This document shows, one piece after another, positions 48,531 to 61,829 of a DNA stretch of 64,000 nt. The notes beneath the pieces are model-generated. The model worked only from the letters and a program-made list of their open reading frames with translations. It had not been told where the DNA came from and ran no database searches. The position numbers were made by a program, and so were the translations under genes. Position 1 is the stretch's first letter, and every line of letters starts with the position of its first letter. The DNA is from Octopus sinensis (Eukaryota). The stretch covers positions 183,892,001-183,956,000 of the forward strand of contig NC_042998.1 in the NCBI RefSeq assembly GCF_006345805.1. Direction: 5' to 3'.

Positions 48531-49781
48531 CGAGAGGGTGGGGGCTGAAAAGTTCATAGGCTGACTATGAAGAAGTGATGCTAGAGCTGTGAAATTTTGC
48601 ATGCATTAATGTTAACACTTCTTATTAATAACTACATTGTTTTTCTTTTCTTTTCTTTTTCAGGTAAATTGACATCTGACTGTTCAGAGTAGATTTCAAA
48701 AGTAACTGGTAGCAACTTTTCTTGAAATTCAACAAAATTTGGCATCGTGGTCTTATCAAGTATCTGCAGAAAAAGGGCTAACCCCCATGACATTTATGCT
48801 GACATGGTTGATACATAAGGGGATGACACTCCAGCTTTATCAACAGCAGAAAAGTGGGCAGTTGGATTTTTGAGGAGAAGGGAGAGTCTTAACGATGACC
48901 CAAGGTCTAGACGTCCTGCAACACCGAGGAAAACATTGGTTGTGTTCATCACACGTTGATGGATGACAGGCGATTGACTATAAATCAAATAGCCAATGCT
49001 ATTAGCATATCCCCTGAGAGAGTTGAGAATATTTTGTACACTAGATTTGGCATGACGAAGATTTCTGCTCGGTGATACCTACGTCTTCTGATACCTGATC
49101 AAAGCGCACCAGGCTGATCACATCAAGGGAAAAAATCTGAGATTGTTTGAGGCAGACCCGGCTGGTTTCTTTGAACATTTCTTAAGCCATGATGAATGTT
49201 GGGTTCATCACTTTGAGCCAGAAACAAGGAGATAATCCATTCAGTGGAAACAGCCATCCTCACCTGCACCAAAGAAGGCCGAGGTTGTTTCATCTGCAGG
49301 GAAGGTGCTGGCCTCAATATTTTGGGATGTAAAAGGCATTGTGTTTATCTTTGAAAGGCCCACACCATCACTGGAGAGTCAATTTGCTGAGGCAGTTTCG
49401 AAAGATTTTCATCAGGACACTGCTCCATCACATAACTCCTTGGTTTCAATGGCTGCTGTGTGTGACTTTGGCTTTGAACTGGTTTTGATCACTGTCCCTA
49501 TTCTCCCGATTTGGCATCATTTGACTATAATCTGTTCTCCAGCATGAGAAAACACTTGGCTGGGAACCAGTATTGCAGTGATGATGATGTCATGTCTGTT
49601 GTTGATAAACCTTTTGACGAACAAGATGAAAGCTTCTTCAACAATGGAATCCAAACACTGCAACACTAATGGAAGAAGTGTGCAGACCATAAGGGAGGTT
49701 GTGTTGAAAAAAATAAGCCTCATTTGATCACATTCCACGAGAATGTCTTGGTCAGCCTATGAACATTACAGCCAACCCTTG
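48531..49781 (+). mobile_element. Decayed mariner (Hsmar2-like), full span
   Basis: Imperfect TIRs cgagagggtgggggctgaaaagttcataggctgac / gtcagcctatgaacattacagccaacccttg with TA TSD. Motifs DECWVHHFEPE, GKVLASIFWD and YSPDLA. Confidence 0.88.
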
Positions 49782-50084
49782 TAAATATTGATAACTTATT
49801 TAATGAAGTTGTTATTACAAATGGCTTTGTGACTTCTCAGGCAGAAGTTTGAACAATATAGAACTTTAAATTTGAAGAAAAGTAGCACATCTAAAAGATA
49901 TGTTCGTTATGAATGTCGTAGGTTGACTAGTGAGTTGTTTTTGATTATTGTTTCTGTATGTTATACCAAATTAAGCAGACACGAACATAACTGAATATTT
50001 TATTTTTTAAATAAGATTTATTGAAGATTACAATAATTGAATATAAACTTCAAATGTCTGCTGGTAGAGAAAAATAAGACATCC

Positions 50085-50965
50085 GCGTAAAATGATTTAT
50101 TGACATGTAAACATGTGTGTCTGTGTGTGTATCGTATATACAGAATAATAGACAGGCCCTCGTGTGAACAAAATGTATGTAAGCGTGTGTTAAGAAAATA
50201 TAAGAACAGCAAAGAAGAGAACAGTAAAAGAGTCTATAGCAATCGAAGTGAGTTCATAGACACAAGAATGAGAATACTAGTTCATAGTCCATTGTACAGT
50301 TGAAATACTGAAATTGCGGCCATGTCGTACGTGAAGTCGTGGTTGTGATGCTGCTGCCTGAGTCACTTAGTACAGGAGTTCATGCAGGTTGTATATTCGC
50401 TGTTACTCCACGGTGAAGTAATTCACGAACAGAAAAGTGTTGGAACTTGGGCGAGTTGCTTGTTGGTATCTTTTCCTTTTGATAGCCAGATTTCAACACA
50501 ATTTCTAGTTAACTAAACACTTTAAAACTTCATATACTGGTAGAATGTGTCAAAAGAAAACATTATTTTCACTTGGCTTTTTTGATAAATTTGTAATTCG
50601 TTTGTTTAACGTAGTTTAATTTATCGAATTTTAACCAATCCTATGCTCTCTTTTGAGCTGAAATCATTTGCTGCGTTATCGATATTGGCTGTGTCTTGTG
50701 TGATCAGTGGCTAAACCTTAAAAGGTTTGGAACCAAAGACATATAACGAGGGAAAAGCTCGGTTTTTATAAGGAACACTAGGCTCAAAACTGGCTCTCTC
50801 ACGTGATTTTATTTAGAGGTTGTAATTGGTTATACTCAGCAAATTGGCGCGACAGAGTAAGAGACAAATTGCGTCAATACCAACCAATCACAGTAGTGGA
50901 CACAACGGGATCCAAATAGCGGCCAAAGGTTAGCTGTTACCTGCTACGTTCGAATGCACGTATAT
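50085..50965 (-). mobile_element. LTR-like repeat related to 11859-12805, interrupted by an element of about 290 bp (about 50455-50740)
   Basis: Shared blocks, for example caggagttc..gcaggttgtat..ggtgaagtaat, and ccaataccaaccaatca. Confidence 0.5.
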
Positions 50966-51595
50966 ATAATAAAGGAGAGAGAGAGGAATTTCACTTGAGT
51001 GTACGCTGCAGAAACGTTACGTGCAGCAACATAGAAACTCTTTGTGACATGTGTAGAGTTTAATTTATCTTTAAATGCTACTTGACAGTATTTTAAATGC
51101 ATAGGTTGTAAAGAATAATATTTTCGTACATAATCTGTCTTTCTAAGTCTCTCAGCCAGAACCTCAACCGTTTAAGTGATAATGACAAATCATCACACAT
51201 AGCACTTCACCACTTGCCGGCAACTGTCTCCAAACGTGCAATTAAGTTAATATATTTGAAATAAAAATATTCCCTGGATCCTCTGTCTAAGGAGAAAAGA
51301 CCTGCTCTCCTTTAGTACCCAGACCAAATACTGCGACTCTTCAAATCTTACATCATATTCCCATTCGTCTCAGTTTCAACACCTACGGTCCTGGTTTTAA
51401 CTTCATATGGTAAGCTTATATAAACATACATACAGAGATACATACATACATGCACACAAACATACGCACACGCACGCATGCTCGCACGCACACACACATG
51501 CTCGCATGTACGCACGCATGCTCGTATGCACGCACACACACACATATGTACATATATGTATATATCCATATACATGTATAGATATCATCATCATC

Positions 51596-51915
51596 ATCAT
51601 CGTTTAACGTCCGTTTTCCGCGCTAGCATGGGTTGGACGGTTCGACCGGGGTCTGGGAAGTCAGGGGCTGCACCAGACTCCAGTCTGATCTGGCAGAGTT
51701 TCTACAGCTGGATGCCCTTCCTAATGCCAACCACTCCGCGAGTGTAGTGGGTGCTTTTTACGTGCCACCTGCACAGGTGCCAGGGGGGTCCGGCATCGGC
51801 CACGATCAGTTGAAGCTTTTAACGTGCCACCGGCACGGAAGCCAGCAAAAGCGGCGCTGGCAACGGCCACGTTCAGATGGTGCTTTTTATGTGCCACCGG
51901 CACAGAAGCCAGTCG
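51596..51915 (+). mobile_element. Interspersed SINE-like repeat (also 1-100 and 55050-55440)
   Basis: (CAT)n-cgtttaacgtcc..ggatgcccttcctaatgccaacc. Confidence 0.75.
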
Positions 51916-51959
51916 GGGATATATACATATATATATATATATTCATGTGTGTGTGTGTC

Positions 51960-52640
51960 TGTATTAAAAGAATTAACAACCTGAAAAATTTGAAATTTAT
52001 TCTTTTCCATTTGATGTCGATGTTGAGACTGTTCCTGAAAATCTATAAATGGAAATGATTGAATTGCAGTGTAATATGGAACTTAAACTTCTTTTTGAGA
52101 AAACTTCAAGATATGACTTTTACAAAAAATTTAATCACATTTGAGAAATATCCTAATTTGAGAGCATTTTTGCTAAGAATTTTGAATGCTTTTGGCTCTA
52201 CTTATGCATGTGAAACATTGTTTTCAAAACTGAAGTTTGCAAAAAGTAAAACGTGAAGCTCAATAACTAATGAAAATTTGAGCAGTCAACTGTGCTGAGC
52301 AGTAAGTAACCTTGAAATAGATTTGAAGAAAATAAGGCAAAAGAAAATAAAGCAAATATCTCATTAAATTATAATTTTGATACTTGTTTTATTTTTATTG
52401 CATCCTTTACTGTGTTTAATTTCAAAATAAAATTATTTGTGTAAAACATATATTTCAAAATAAATTTAAAATTTATAAGTGGCAATAAAGCAATAGCCTA
52501 CAGTTTTATAATTTTAAACAAACAAAAAGTATGAAAAATTCTTGATTCTGTAATTTGATTATTTGACTATTAGCGCATAAAGTATACAAGTGGCCCTCAA
52601 AAATCTTTCTGGTGATTAAAGTGATCTGTGATGTAATTTG
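51960..52640 (+). mobile_element. hAT (Charlie/SPIN-like) 3' fragment
   Basis: ..QMEMIELQC..YPNL..AFGSTYACETLFSKLK (hATC dimerisation domain). Ends ..ggcctg. Confidence 0.8.
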
Positions 52641-52970
52641 AGTTGGCTAGGCCTGGGTTATAGCATTAGACTCACAATCATGAGGTAGTGAGTTTGATTC
52701 CCAGACTGGGCTGTGAGTTGTGTTCTTGAGCAAGACACTTTGTTTCATGTTGCTCCAGTTCACTCAGCTGTAGAACTGAACTGTGATGTCACTGGTGCCA
52801 AGCTGTATTAGGCTTTGCCTTTCTCTTGGATAACATTGGCGGAATGGAGAGGGGAGGCTGGTATGTATGGGCCACTGCTGGTTTTCCATAAAACAATCTT
52901 GCCTGGACATGTGCTTCAGAGGGTAAATTTCTATGTGCAATCTCATGGGCATTCATGACCGAAATGGGTC
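52640..52970 (+). mobile_element. tRNA-SINE (third family)
   Basis: B-box-like gagtttgattccc and the ttgagcaagacactt block. Opposite-strand copy at 61830-62340. Confidence 0.7.
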
Positions 52971-53470
52971 CTTAACCTTTTTTTGCATAGTAGGTTAAGA
53001 CAGGCAATCATAAATAAACTCAAAGGTTTAAGGAAATGAATACTGGGGTCAATCTGTTTGATTTAGTGTTTCAGAGCTGTGCTCCTGCATGGCCACAGCC
53101 CAATGACTGAAGTAAATAAAAGATAAAAGGTAAACTAATGATGCAAAGATTAGCCCATGATTAAACATTAACAAGGTATATATGAACAGACAGAAAGAAG
53201 AAAATTCAATATCCTACCACTATTACATTTGAAAAACAAATGTATTTCAAAACGTATAGTGTATTGTTCAGCTTGACATAGACATTGTGTGTCTTGGGAT
53301 TTGTGAACTGACCTCACCTTACCTCAGCATTTTCTTCAACATTATGTTTAATGTATTATACATATCATATCACAAGTATATCTTATTTTCAGAACTTGAT
53401 CATTTGCAGTAATAGTATTCACCTAAATATATATATAATAGTATTCTTGCCTATGAAAGAGTTTGCAATA

Positions 53471-53541
<71 letters not shown>

Positions 53542-53967
53542 CTATACTATAATATGCTTTTTTGTTTGTTTGGGGTATGTTACTTGTATTGAAAGAAAGC
53601 GCTTATATAAGTTTACAGTCTACAAAATTCTTTAAAAATCCTAATTTCGTAATATTTTTTATCGAAATATGATTTCCAAGTTTTTTGAAACAATAGCAAC
53701 AATTCTTTCTAATTTTGGTTCAAATCCAGCAATTTTGAAGTGAGGAAGTTAGTCATTCATATTGACCCAAGTACTTTGCTGGTACTTTATTTTATTGATC
53801 TCAATAAAAATGCTGTCTTTGATTCCTCATGTATCGTAACATCCTCTGAGAATAAAGATTGCCATTGATTGTTATTTGCATAATCAACTTCAAAACACTT
53901 GGATGAAGCAGCCCTCCCAACCATATAACTATACATTAACCTCACAGCAATAACATCTTGCAAGATT

Positions 53968-54425
53968 TTGAAGGAGTGGCTGTGTGGTAAGTAGCTTGCT
54001 GTGAGGTAAGTAGCTTGCTTACCAACCACATGGTTTCAGGTTCATTCCCACTGCGTGGCACCTTGGGCAAGAGTCTTCTGCTGTAGCCTCGGGCCGACCA
54101 AAGCCTTGTGAGTGGATTTGGTAGACGGAAACTGAAAGAAGTCCGTCGTATATATGAATATATATATGTATGTGTGTGTATATGTTTGTGTGTCTTTGTG
54201 TTTGTGTGTATATGTTTGTGTGTCTTTGTCCCCCCAACATCGCTTGACAACCAATGTCGGTGTGTTTACTCCCCCGTAAATTAGCAGTTCGGCAAAACAG
54301 ACCGATAGAATAAGTACTAGGCTTACAAAGAATAAGTCCTGGGGTCGATTTACTTGACTAAAGGCAGTGCTCCAGCATGGCCGCAGTCAAATGACTGAAA
54401 CAAGTAAAAGAGAGTAAAGAGAGTA
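53968..54425 (+). mobile_element. tRNA-SINE
   Basis: Same family as 286-607, with short internal duplications. Confidence 0.85.
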
Positions 54426-54479
54426 TGCTTTGGGCTTAACCAAGACCACATCCATAAACCGAAAACAGTTATTATTCCA

Positions 54480-54900
54480 GGAACGCTGACATTGGCTGTC
54501 AAAGCTGTTTAAATGGTGTGGAACAAATCAAAGCAATTTAGTTATTTAATAAAATAACTGAAACTGAAGAAATCATTGTTGACATTGTTGATGTCATCAC
54601 TATTTTAAATCTATTCCTCATGCTCACATGGACTGAAATGACCATTTTCATTACAGCATCCTGATGAATTATCACCTGATGGTGGATCAGAAGCCACAGA
54701 TGCAATCAGCAAGAGACTTCCTACACGTTTGGTGTGTTCAGCATCAATTTCCAACTGTTACTTTTCTACACAGGAATTGCTGAAGTAGCTTTGAAAACAG
54801 TAAAATGCCCGATGATATCAACAACAATGAACCAAGTGATAAACTGGATACAAATGTCTTTCAAATAGCTATGCTTCAATAATTCCAACATGCCAGTCAT
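54480..54900 (+). mobile_element. Degenerate LTR-retrotransposon integrase fragment
   Basis: SPDGGSE.., GIAEVALKTVK and KLDTNVFQIAMLQ resemble the rve core. Heavily frameshifted. Confidence 0.5.
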
Positions 54901-56006
54901 AAACACCAAAACTGTCACCATTGATGTGCAATATTTGACTCATCATCATCATAATCATCATCGTCATCGTCGTCGTCGTCATCATCATCATCATCATCAT
55001 CATCATCGTCGTCATCGTCATCATCATCATCATCGTCATCGTCATCATCATTTAACATCTGTCTTCTATGCTGGCATAGTTTGGATGGTTTGACAGGAGC
55101 TGGCCACCTGAAGAGCTGCCCAGGCCCCCTGTTTGTTTAGGTATGGTTTCTTCAACTTAATGCCCTTCCTAACATCAACCGCTTTACAGTGATCTGGTTG
55201 CTTTTATGTGTCCCCAGCACAGTTACTTTTTACATGGCACCAGCACCCATAAGCCCACAAGATTTGGAACACTCAGCTGGAGAAGGATGTAGGGTACATG
55301 CCTGTATGCAAGGACAACCATGATTTTACTTAGCTTGATGTATCTTCTCAAGCACAACAAACTACCAGGATTACAGTCCCCTGTCATTCCCTCTGAGAAG
55401 CCCAACCTCTGAAGATCCTTTCTCACCAGCTCTGTACATGGCAAATACAAACCCCATGAGATATTGCAGAATCCTCAAGTAACGAAGTAGGCAGATGTAA
55501 ATGGCCAAATGATTTGAACACTCATTGTTAAGGATAAATCAAATTACAAAATCAGATTAAATCAAATCCTACTAAAATGTGATAATGTTAGTTATTTTAA
55601 TCACATAAAATTTGATCAGTACTAGGCTTACAAAGAATAAGTCCTGGGGTCGATTTACTTGACTAAAGGCAGTGCTCCAGCATGGCGGCAGTCAAATGAC
55701 AGAAACAAGTAAAGAAGAGTAAAGAGAGTATAAGGGCAGATGGCTGTGGAAGAATTACTCTGTGTAACAGAAAATTCTTACAGAAATACATTCCCATGGA
55801 TCTTGGGCTGGTGCTGATGCTGGTGCCACATAAAATGGTAAAATGGTGCTGGTGCCACATAAAAAGTGCCCATACTGGTGCCATGTAAAAGTACTTGTGC
55901 CAGTACTGTGTAAAAGCACCCAGAACACTCTGTAAAAAAATTTTATTCAAATAATTTTTCTGTTATTTAAGGAATAGAATTGCGATACTGCAAATTGTTG
56001 CCAAAC

Positions 56007-56134
56007 CTCCTTGTAATCATGCTCTCCTATCTTAAGGAACATGAAAATGCACTGCAAAAACACAGACATGAATAACACCACTAAAAAATAATTCTTAATT
56101 GCACCGGATATCTCTCCAATTGCAAACAAGATGA
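56007..56134 (-). CDS. Candidate internal exon of an unknown membrane protein
   Basis: Acceptor ttttactgttgtattgcag|, open frame ILFAIGEISGAIKNYFLVVLFMSVFLQCIFMFLKIGEHDYKE, donor GAG|GTTTGG. Non-repetitive context, but no recognisable family. Confidence 0.3.
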
Positions 56135-56632
56135 CTGCAATACAACAGTAAAATTAAAATTCTTCCGTAGCTGTCAAATATACTGATACAAGTGACAGCT
56201 TGATGAAATTAAATACAAAAATCTCCCATATGTACATATTATGACCAGTTTGAAATACCACCAACTGAAATTAAAAATGCAATCAGCTTCAAGCAAAATT
56301 TGGCTTCAAGATTTAGGAACATTTTCTAATTGTCACTATTCAAAAATTTCAGTATTTAACCGTTTAGTACTGGCCCCAGTAATCTGTTTTATGTTAAAAC
56401 TGACCAGATCCAACCTCTCATGTATCCCCTATAATGTTATTCTAAGAATGAACAATCATATCTTTGAAATATTGAAGCTACAAGACAATGCAGAATTAAT
56501 TCCAAACAATGTGTATCAATAAGCATTATATTTCACTAAGAAACCTAAATACTAAAGGGTTAAAGGTTTATAATGGAATGGAAGGTTTATGATACCTGTG
56601 GAGTATCTCCTTCTCCAATTATAATCATTTCT

Positions 56633-57018
56633 TGTATTTTCAAGGGTCTGGAATATGAAGAAGTTCACAAGCAGAGTACAATTCAATAGCCATTTATTCA
56701 CAGAGCTCTCGTTCATGAGGTTTGCTCTCAGTGACCATCTTTATAGCAGCACGTGGTTTGTCTTAACTCCGTACACATGAGGTTCATTACTTCTGGAGAT
56801 AAGCATGTGGAGTCAGAGTGGGACAAGAGTCCACCGTGAGCTGCTGGCTGTGCAGTGTTTCTCAGCACAAGCATGAGAAGAAAATGAGAGAGTGAATGTC
56901 GTTGTTTCTTGCTTAAATACTGGTTGCCAGCGAGAATTTCATTGTTGTCTCATGCATGGCAAATGGTTACAGGCGAGATCTCATTCAAAATGGTGCTGGC
57001 TTCTTGTGCCTCGCTACA
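56633..57018 (-). mobile_element. Solo-LTR-like element
   Basis: TGTA..CTACA ends. Shares catggcaaatgg..cttgtgcc..gctaca with 42194-42560. Confidence 0.5.
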
Positions 57019-57764
57019 GGTTCATAATTTTTTACTACTAATTTCTCCAAAGAAATGTTCCTAATTTTTAAAATTAGCAAGTAAAATTATTTTTGTATTG
57101 AAATTTTCAGCAAAATAGGAAGACATGTGTCAAACTGAAAAGATCAAGAAGAATTGTGTTGGATTTTAAATAATGAAAAATCCATGATTCAAATACTTCA
57201 GGGAATCTCAGCATGAATAATTCAGTTTGTAATGGACAATGTCAACCCCTGATGTCCACCAACAACTAGAGCCTGCTGTTCAACAGTAGTTACCCCATAC
57301 CAAAGGTTCTCTTGAAAATAAGCAAGCAGAAACAATGTCAGAAAGAACTGTTTGTTGTTCTAATGAATTAGACAGAAAAAAAAATCTACTTGGTAGAAAC
57401 TTTTGTCTTACAAATTATAAATTTTTCTTTGACACTAAGAACTTCAGAAGACATTGCCCTTGTATTAGCTTTCATAATTATCGAAAATAATATGCCTAAT
57501 TCTACATTGTGTTCTACTTGCATATTTATACTGTAATATTGTTTACATCTCTTTCTCTTCGTAATTTTTTAACATTCTACCATTTGTGGTATTAGCCTCA
57601 ATACAGAGTTCACATTTAAAGAGAACATAATTCCATCAGGCTCATAACGAGATATGCAGAGTTTATGTAAAAGTTGATATCAGATATCTCTCTCTCAGAC
57701 AAATAAAGTCTCTATATATACATGCACACCCACACCCTCCCACACCCACACACATAAACATCCG

Positions 57765-57863
<99 letters not shown>

Positions 57864-58042
57864 CATTTTTGTAATTGGTTTGCAAGGTTCTTGATCTGAA
57901 TTCAAGTGTTGAAACAAATTTTGTTATGTCTTTCAGAGAGTCATTACCCCAATAATAACACACGCAGAGGTCCAATTACAATTCTTTTAATTATTAGTCA
58001 ATTGCTTAAATATCCAACCAACTAACTTAACGATCGTCCACA

Positions 58043-58286
58043 TAATGTGCTAGTTAAACAATCAATTGGTTATTTGTAAGTTAAAATTCTTTTGGCACCG
58101 TTCACAACCTTTTCAGTGATTTAGTGACTTCCCCCCTTGCTGCAAGGTGTGTACTGAGAGGCTCAGAGCAGGCCCAACAGACTTTGCAGAAACAGGAGAA
58201 GTCACTAAATCACTGAAAAGGTCGTGAATGGTGCCCAAAGAATTTTAACTTACAAATAACCAATTGATTGTTTAACTAGCATATTA
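58043..58286. mobile_element. Foldback MITE with 89-bp inverted arms
   Basis: 58043-58131 and 58198-58286 are near-perfect reverse complements. The outermost TA may be a TSD. Confidence 0.8.
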
Positions 58287-58291
58287 CGTCA

Positions 58292-58624
58292 AGTAACTCT
58301 AAGATTAAAAATTCTATATACCAGTGTATAATCAGTACTCGTAATAAAGTACGATTTTACACTGGAAGCACATCGTTAGAGTTAGCTAAAAGAATTTCTA
58401 TCCATTACTCAACATTTAGGGATAGAAATAAACGTAATAGTACCGGTCTCAGCAAACTGATTTGGGATTTAAAAGACCACAATGAACAATTTCATTTAGA
58501 ATGGTTGATTCTCTCAATTTCGATACCTTATGACAAAGGTAAGGAATTCTGTCTTCTCTGCAATTCTGAGCTATTTTTCATTATTTTTTCTAAAAATCCC
58601 CTAGTAAACACGGTTATAGAGTGA
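58292..58624 (+). mobile_element. Penelope GIY-YIG endonuclease remnant, stop-free for about 110 codons (absent from the ORF track)
   Basis: NSIYQCII..FYTGSTSLELAKRISIHYSTFR..RNSTGLSKLIWDLK..LEW..PYDKGKEFCLLCNSELFFI. Confidence 0.85.
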
Positions 58625-58878
58625 GCATACAGATGTAAAAACATTGGCAAAAACACACATTTAGTGCATATAAGTAGTCTCTATCATTATATATAATTTA
58701 AACTTTAATTTCCTTTATATTTAACATTCACTATTAATATCCCTACTCTTTCTGTTAGCTACTTATGATGTTATATCATATAACGTTTTTTTAAACAATA
58801 TTAATAGCGTTCAGTCAATCGCTATACAAATCCATCATTTTTTGCTAAAATGTCTTATTGACGAGTTTCGTTTTTTTC

Positions 58879-58964
58879 ACTTTCCTGAAGAGAAGATTGC
58901 ATTGTTTATACCATTTATTCTTTTGAATAGTATCAGTGGAATTTTCGAAACATGTGTCGAAAGT
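58879..58964 (+). ncRNA. Apparently intact type I hammerhead ribozyme
   Basis: Stem I ACTTTC/GAAAGT, core CTGAAGA and GAAA, 13-bp stem II (58892-58904/58934-58946, one mismatch), stem III AC-ATGT-GT and a GUC triplet with predicted cleavage after 58958. Confidence 0.85.
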
Positions 58965-59331
58965 AAAAATATTTGATTTACACCTGTGTTAAACTCCATT
59001 TATTTATTCATATATTATTCAAAATATTCCATGTAAACACGAAGTTTCTACCTTTATAAACAAGGAGTTACAACATCTTTACTTGTGAGCTTTTTGCTAC
59101 CCTGGTAACTATTTATTTATTTTTTCCATGTTAATTGTTAACAAGGTAAAAATACACTCATCTATTTATATATATATATATATATGATTTATTTACATTA
59201 TTTACATTCGATGGATATTTGTCCTCATCTTGCTTATTGTTGACACGTTTTGGCAGATATACACTCCAACCTTCTTCAGGTGTCTTGGGGAAATTTCAAA
59301 CCTGGGTTCTCATTTCTGAAGTATTTTTCGA

Positions 59332-59375
<44 letters not shown>

Positions 59376-59376
<1 letters not shown>

Positions 59377-59739
59377 CTCTATATATATATAAACGACAAA
59401 ATGTCTGTGTGCATGTCCTTTATACAAATCCACAATTTTTCAGTTAGAAGGCTTGCACTTTCTATGGTCATTCAAAACCGTCCAAGGGTGATCATGCACA
59501 TTTTTACATTTCCCCAGTCACCCAGCAAAAACATTATAAAATCAATAGAAGTGACTTTTTGTGAATTTTCTATCCAAAACCCAATCAAAATGCCCGAAAC
59601 TTGATACGCCAATTGAATGCCAGCTAGCTGTATGTGATTGGTCGGAGATTTGGACAGTACTCGCGTGTATGTGCGCACGCACGCAGCTGTATATGCATGC
59701 ACTAGCACTATGACCCGGCAGTGCTGGGTCATAATGCTA

Positions 59740-59740
<1 letters not shown>
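59376..59740 (+). mobile_element. Non-autonomous Helitron
   Basis: 5' TC, 3' hairpin atgacccgg-cagtg-ctgggtcat plus CTAG, inserted between A and T within (ATT)n. Confidence 0.85.
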
Positions 59741-59792
<52 letters not shown>

Positions 59793-59931
59793 CATTATTA
59801 TTACTATTATTGTTCAGGTCACTGCTTGGAATTGAACTACACCGTATGCCCATGGGCATATGGCATATTGGTTAAGAGCACGAGCTACTAACCCTAAGAT
59901 TCTGAGATTGATTTCAAGCAGTGACCTGAAC

Positions 59932-59975
<44 letters not shown>

Positions 59976-60027
59976 CAACATCGAAAAATACCTTAGGAAT
60001 GAGAACCCAGGTTCGAAATTTCCCCAA

Positions 60028-60073
60028 GACATCTGAAGAAGGCTGGAGGGTATATCAGCTGAAACGTTGTGTC
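60028..60073 (+). ncRNA. Minimal hammerhead motif
   Basis: gacat-CTGAAGA-A-GGCTG gagggtatat CAGCT-GAAAC GTT-gtgtc, with palindromic ACGT stem III. Confidence 0.65.
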
Positions 60074-60485
60074 AACAACAAACAAGATGAGGACAAATGT
60101 CCGTCAATTGTAAATAATGTACATAATTACACATCTCTTAAATATAGAACTGTAATATATATGATTTCTTCCACTAAAGGCTGTGCTCCAGCATGGGTGC
60201 AGTCACATGACCGAAACAAGTAAAACAATAAAAAGCTATGCCATTTTAATCCCGAACAATGCCAGGTATCTCTGCTCATATATATATATCTTTCAACTGG
60301 GAGATGAAACTGGGAAAACGAGTTTATTGCTAGTTAGTGAAGTTAGTTTATTCAGCAGACTGACAGACCTTTCACGGCTTGTGGTCCATGGGAGAATTCA
60401 TTCAAATAAGGTGTCCTTATTGAAAATGTCTGAAACTGCTTCATTAGCATCCGGAATTTTCTTTGAAAGTCAGAATATATTAAGA

Positions 60486-60530
<45 letters not shown>

Positions 60531-61659
60531 ATGGAGAAGGAGAGAATACAGGTATATCAGATACCATACAACATAAATTCTTGGTTTATTAACATCATCT
60601 CCACTTCTCAAGGATATGTCACAATCACCAAATGGTAATTAAGACCAGCTCCGTATGAAAAGGATGGTGGGCGGGGATAATTTCAAGAATCAAGAAATTT
60701 CTGAAGTTGACATGCCATTGAGGGGAAAGGACTGGTTTATTATCTGGAAATAAGAGAACAGTGTGAATGTATGTTTCTGCCTCAATAGGCCTCATCAGCG
60801 TGATAATTGTCTAACCTTATCTCCAGTAGCCAAACACACACACACATACTCTGTCTGTCTGTCTGCCTGCCTGCCTGCCTGCCTGCCTGTCTGTCTGTCT
60901 TCTGTCTGTCTGTCTCTGTCTCTGTCTCTCTCTCTAAAACCACCAATAACAAGTTTCTGCTTGATCAAGTTGAGTAACTTTGGAAGTACATTTTTGCCGC
61001 CAAGGGTAATTTCAGGAAATATGGCATACTTACAAAAATTATAATTTGTATTTTATCGAATTTCTTGGTGCTTATACAAAATGATGAAATAAACACTAAC
61101 TTTCAAATGTGAAATATTACCTTAAAATAAAATTAAATAAAAAAAATTTCTCATTTGTAAATTTGCAAGAAAAACATGTTATCATTTTCCTCAATTTTAA
61201 TGTCACCTTCATAAACTAACCGTCACACAACTGAGAAATAAAAACAGAAGTTTATAATAATGATATTTAACCCTTTAGTGTTAGCATTATTCTGCCAAAA
61301 TTAATCCTTTTTTATCCACATTGTTTTGAACTAATCATGCATTATCTTGTAGCGATGAGATTTTGATGAGGTAGCTGTTAATTTTTAAAATGATATTGTA
61401 GGGTTGGTGTGAGAGACCAGATATGGCCAGTGAACATAAAACAGGCAGAATACTTTTGGCCGGATATGGCCGGTTTAAATGCTAAAGGGTTAATAATAAA
61501 AATTGAAATATTTACTTATTTGAGTCACTTCCTTGGGGAATAAAGTTTACTTTTTGTACATTTTTAGCTTCATTTTGATTCTTTTTCAATCCTGCATTTA
61601 TATATCTTAAAGCAAAAGGTCACTGTATTTTATCTGGAAGAACTATCAATGTCTTTTGT

Positions 61660-61722
<63 letters not shown>

Positions 61723-61829
61723 TAAGTGTGAACCTTCATAATATAAAATCAACACTGAAAGTAATTTTGTTTTTGATTTTTTTCCATTTTATAAATATAA
61801 ACTATAATATATATGTGAACATGTTGTTG

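Larger units (their letters stand above)
59195..60120. mobile_element. Head-to-head palindromic element: central tRNA-like head with a hammerhead-bearing tail on each arm
   Basis: The left arm (59195-59375 plus 59741-59845) is the reverse complement of the right arm (about 59900-60120). Centre palindrome tatgcccatgggcata. Confidence 0.8.

Noticed and set aside
53320-53425. Exon defined by the strong - strand donor GAG|GTAAGG
   Set aside because: All three frames from the nearest acceptor hit stops before the donor.
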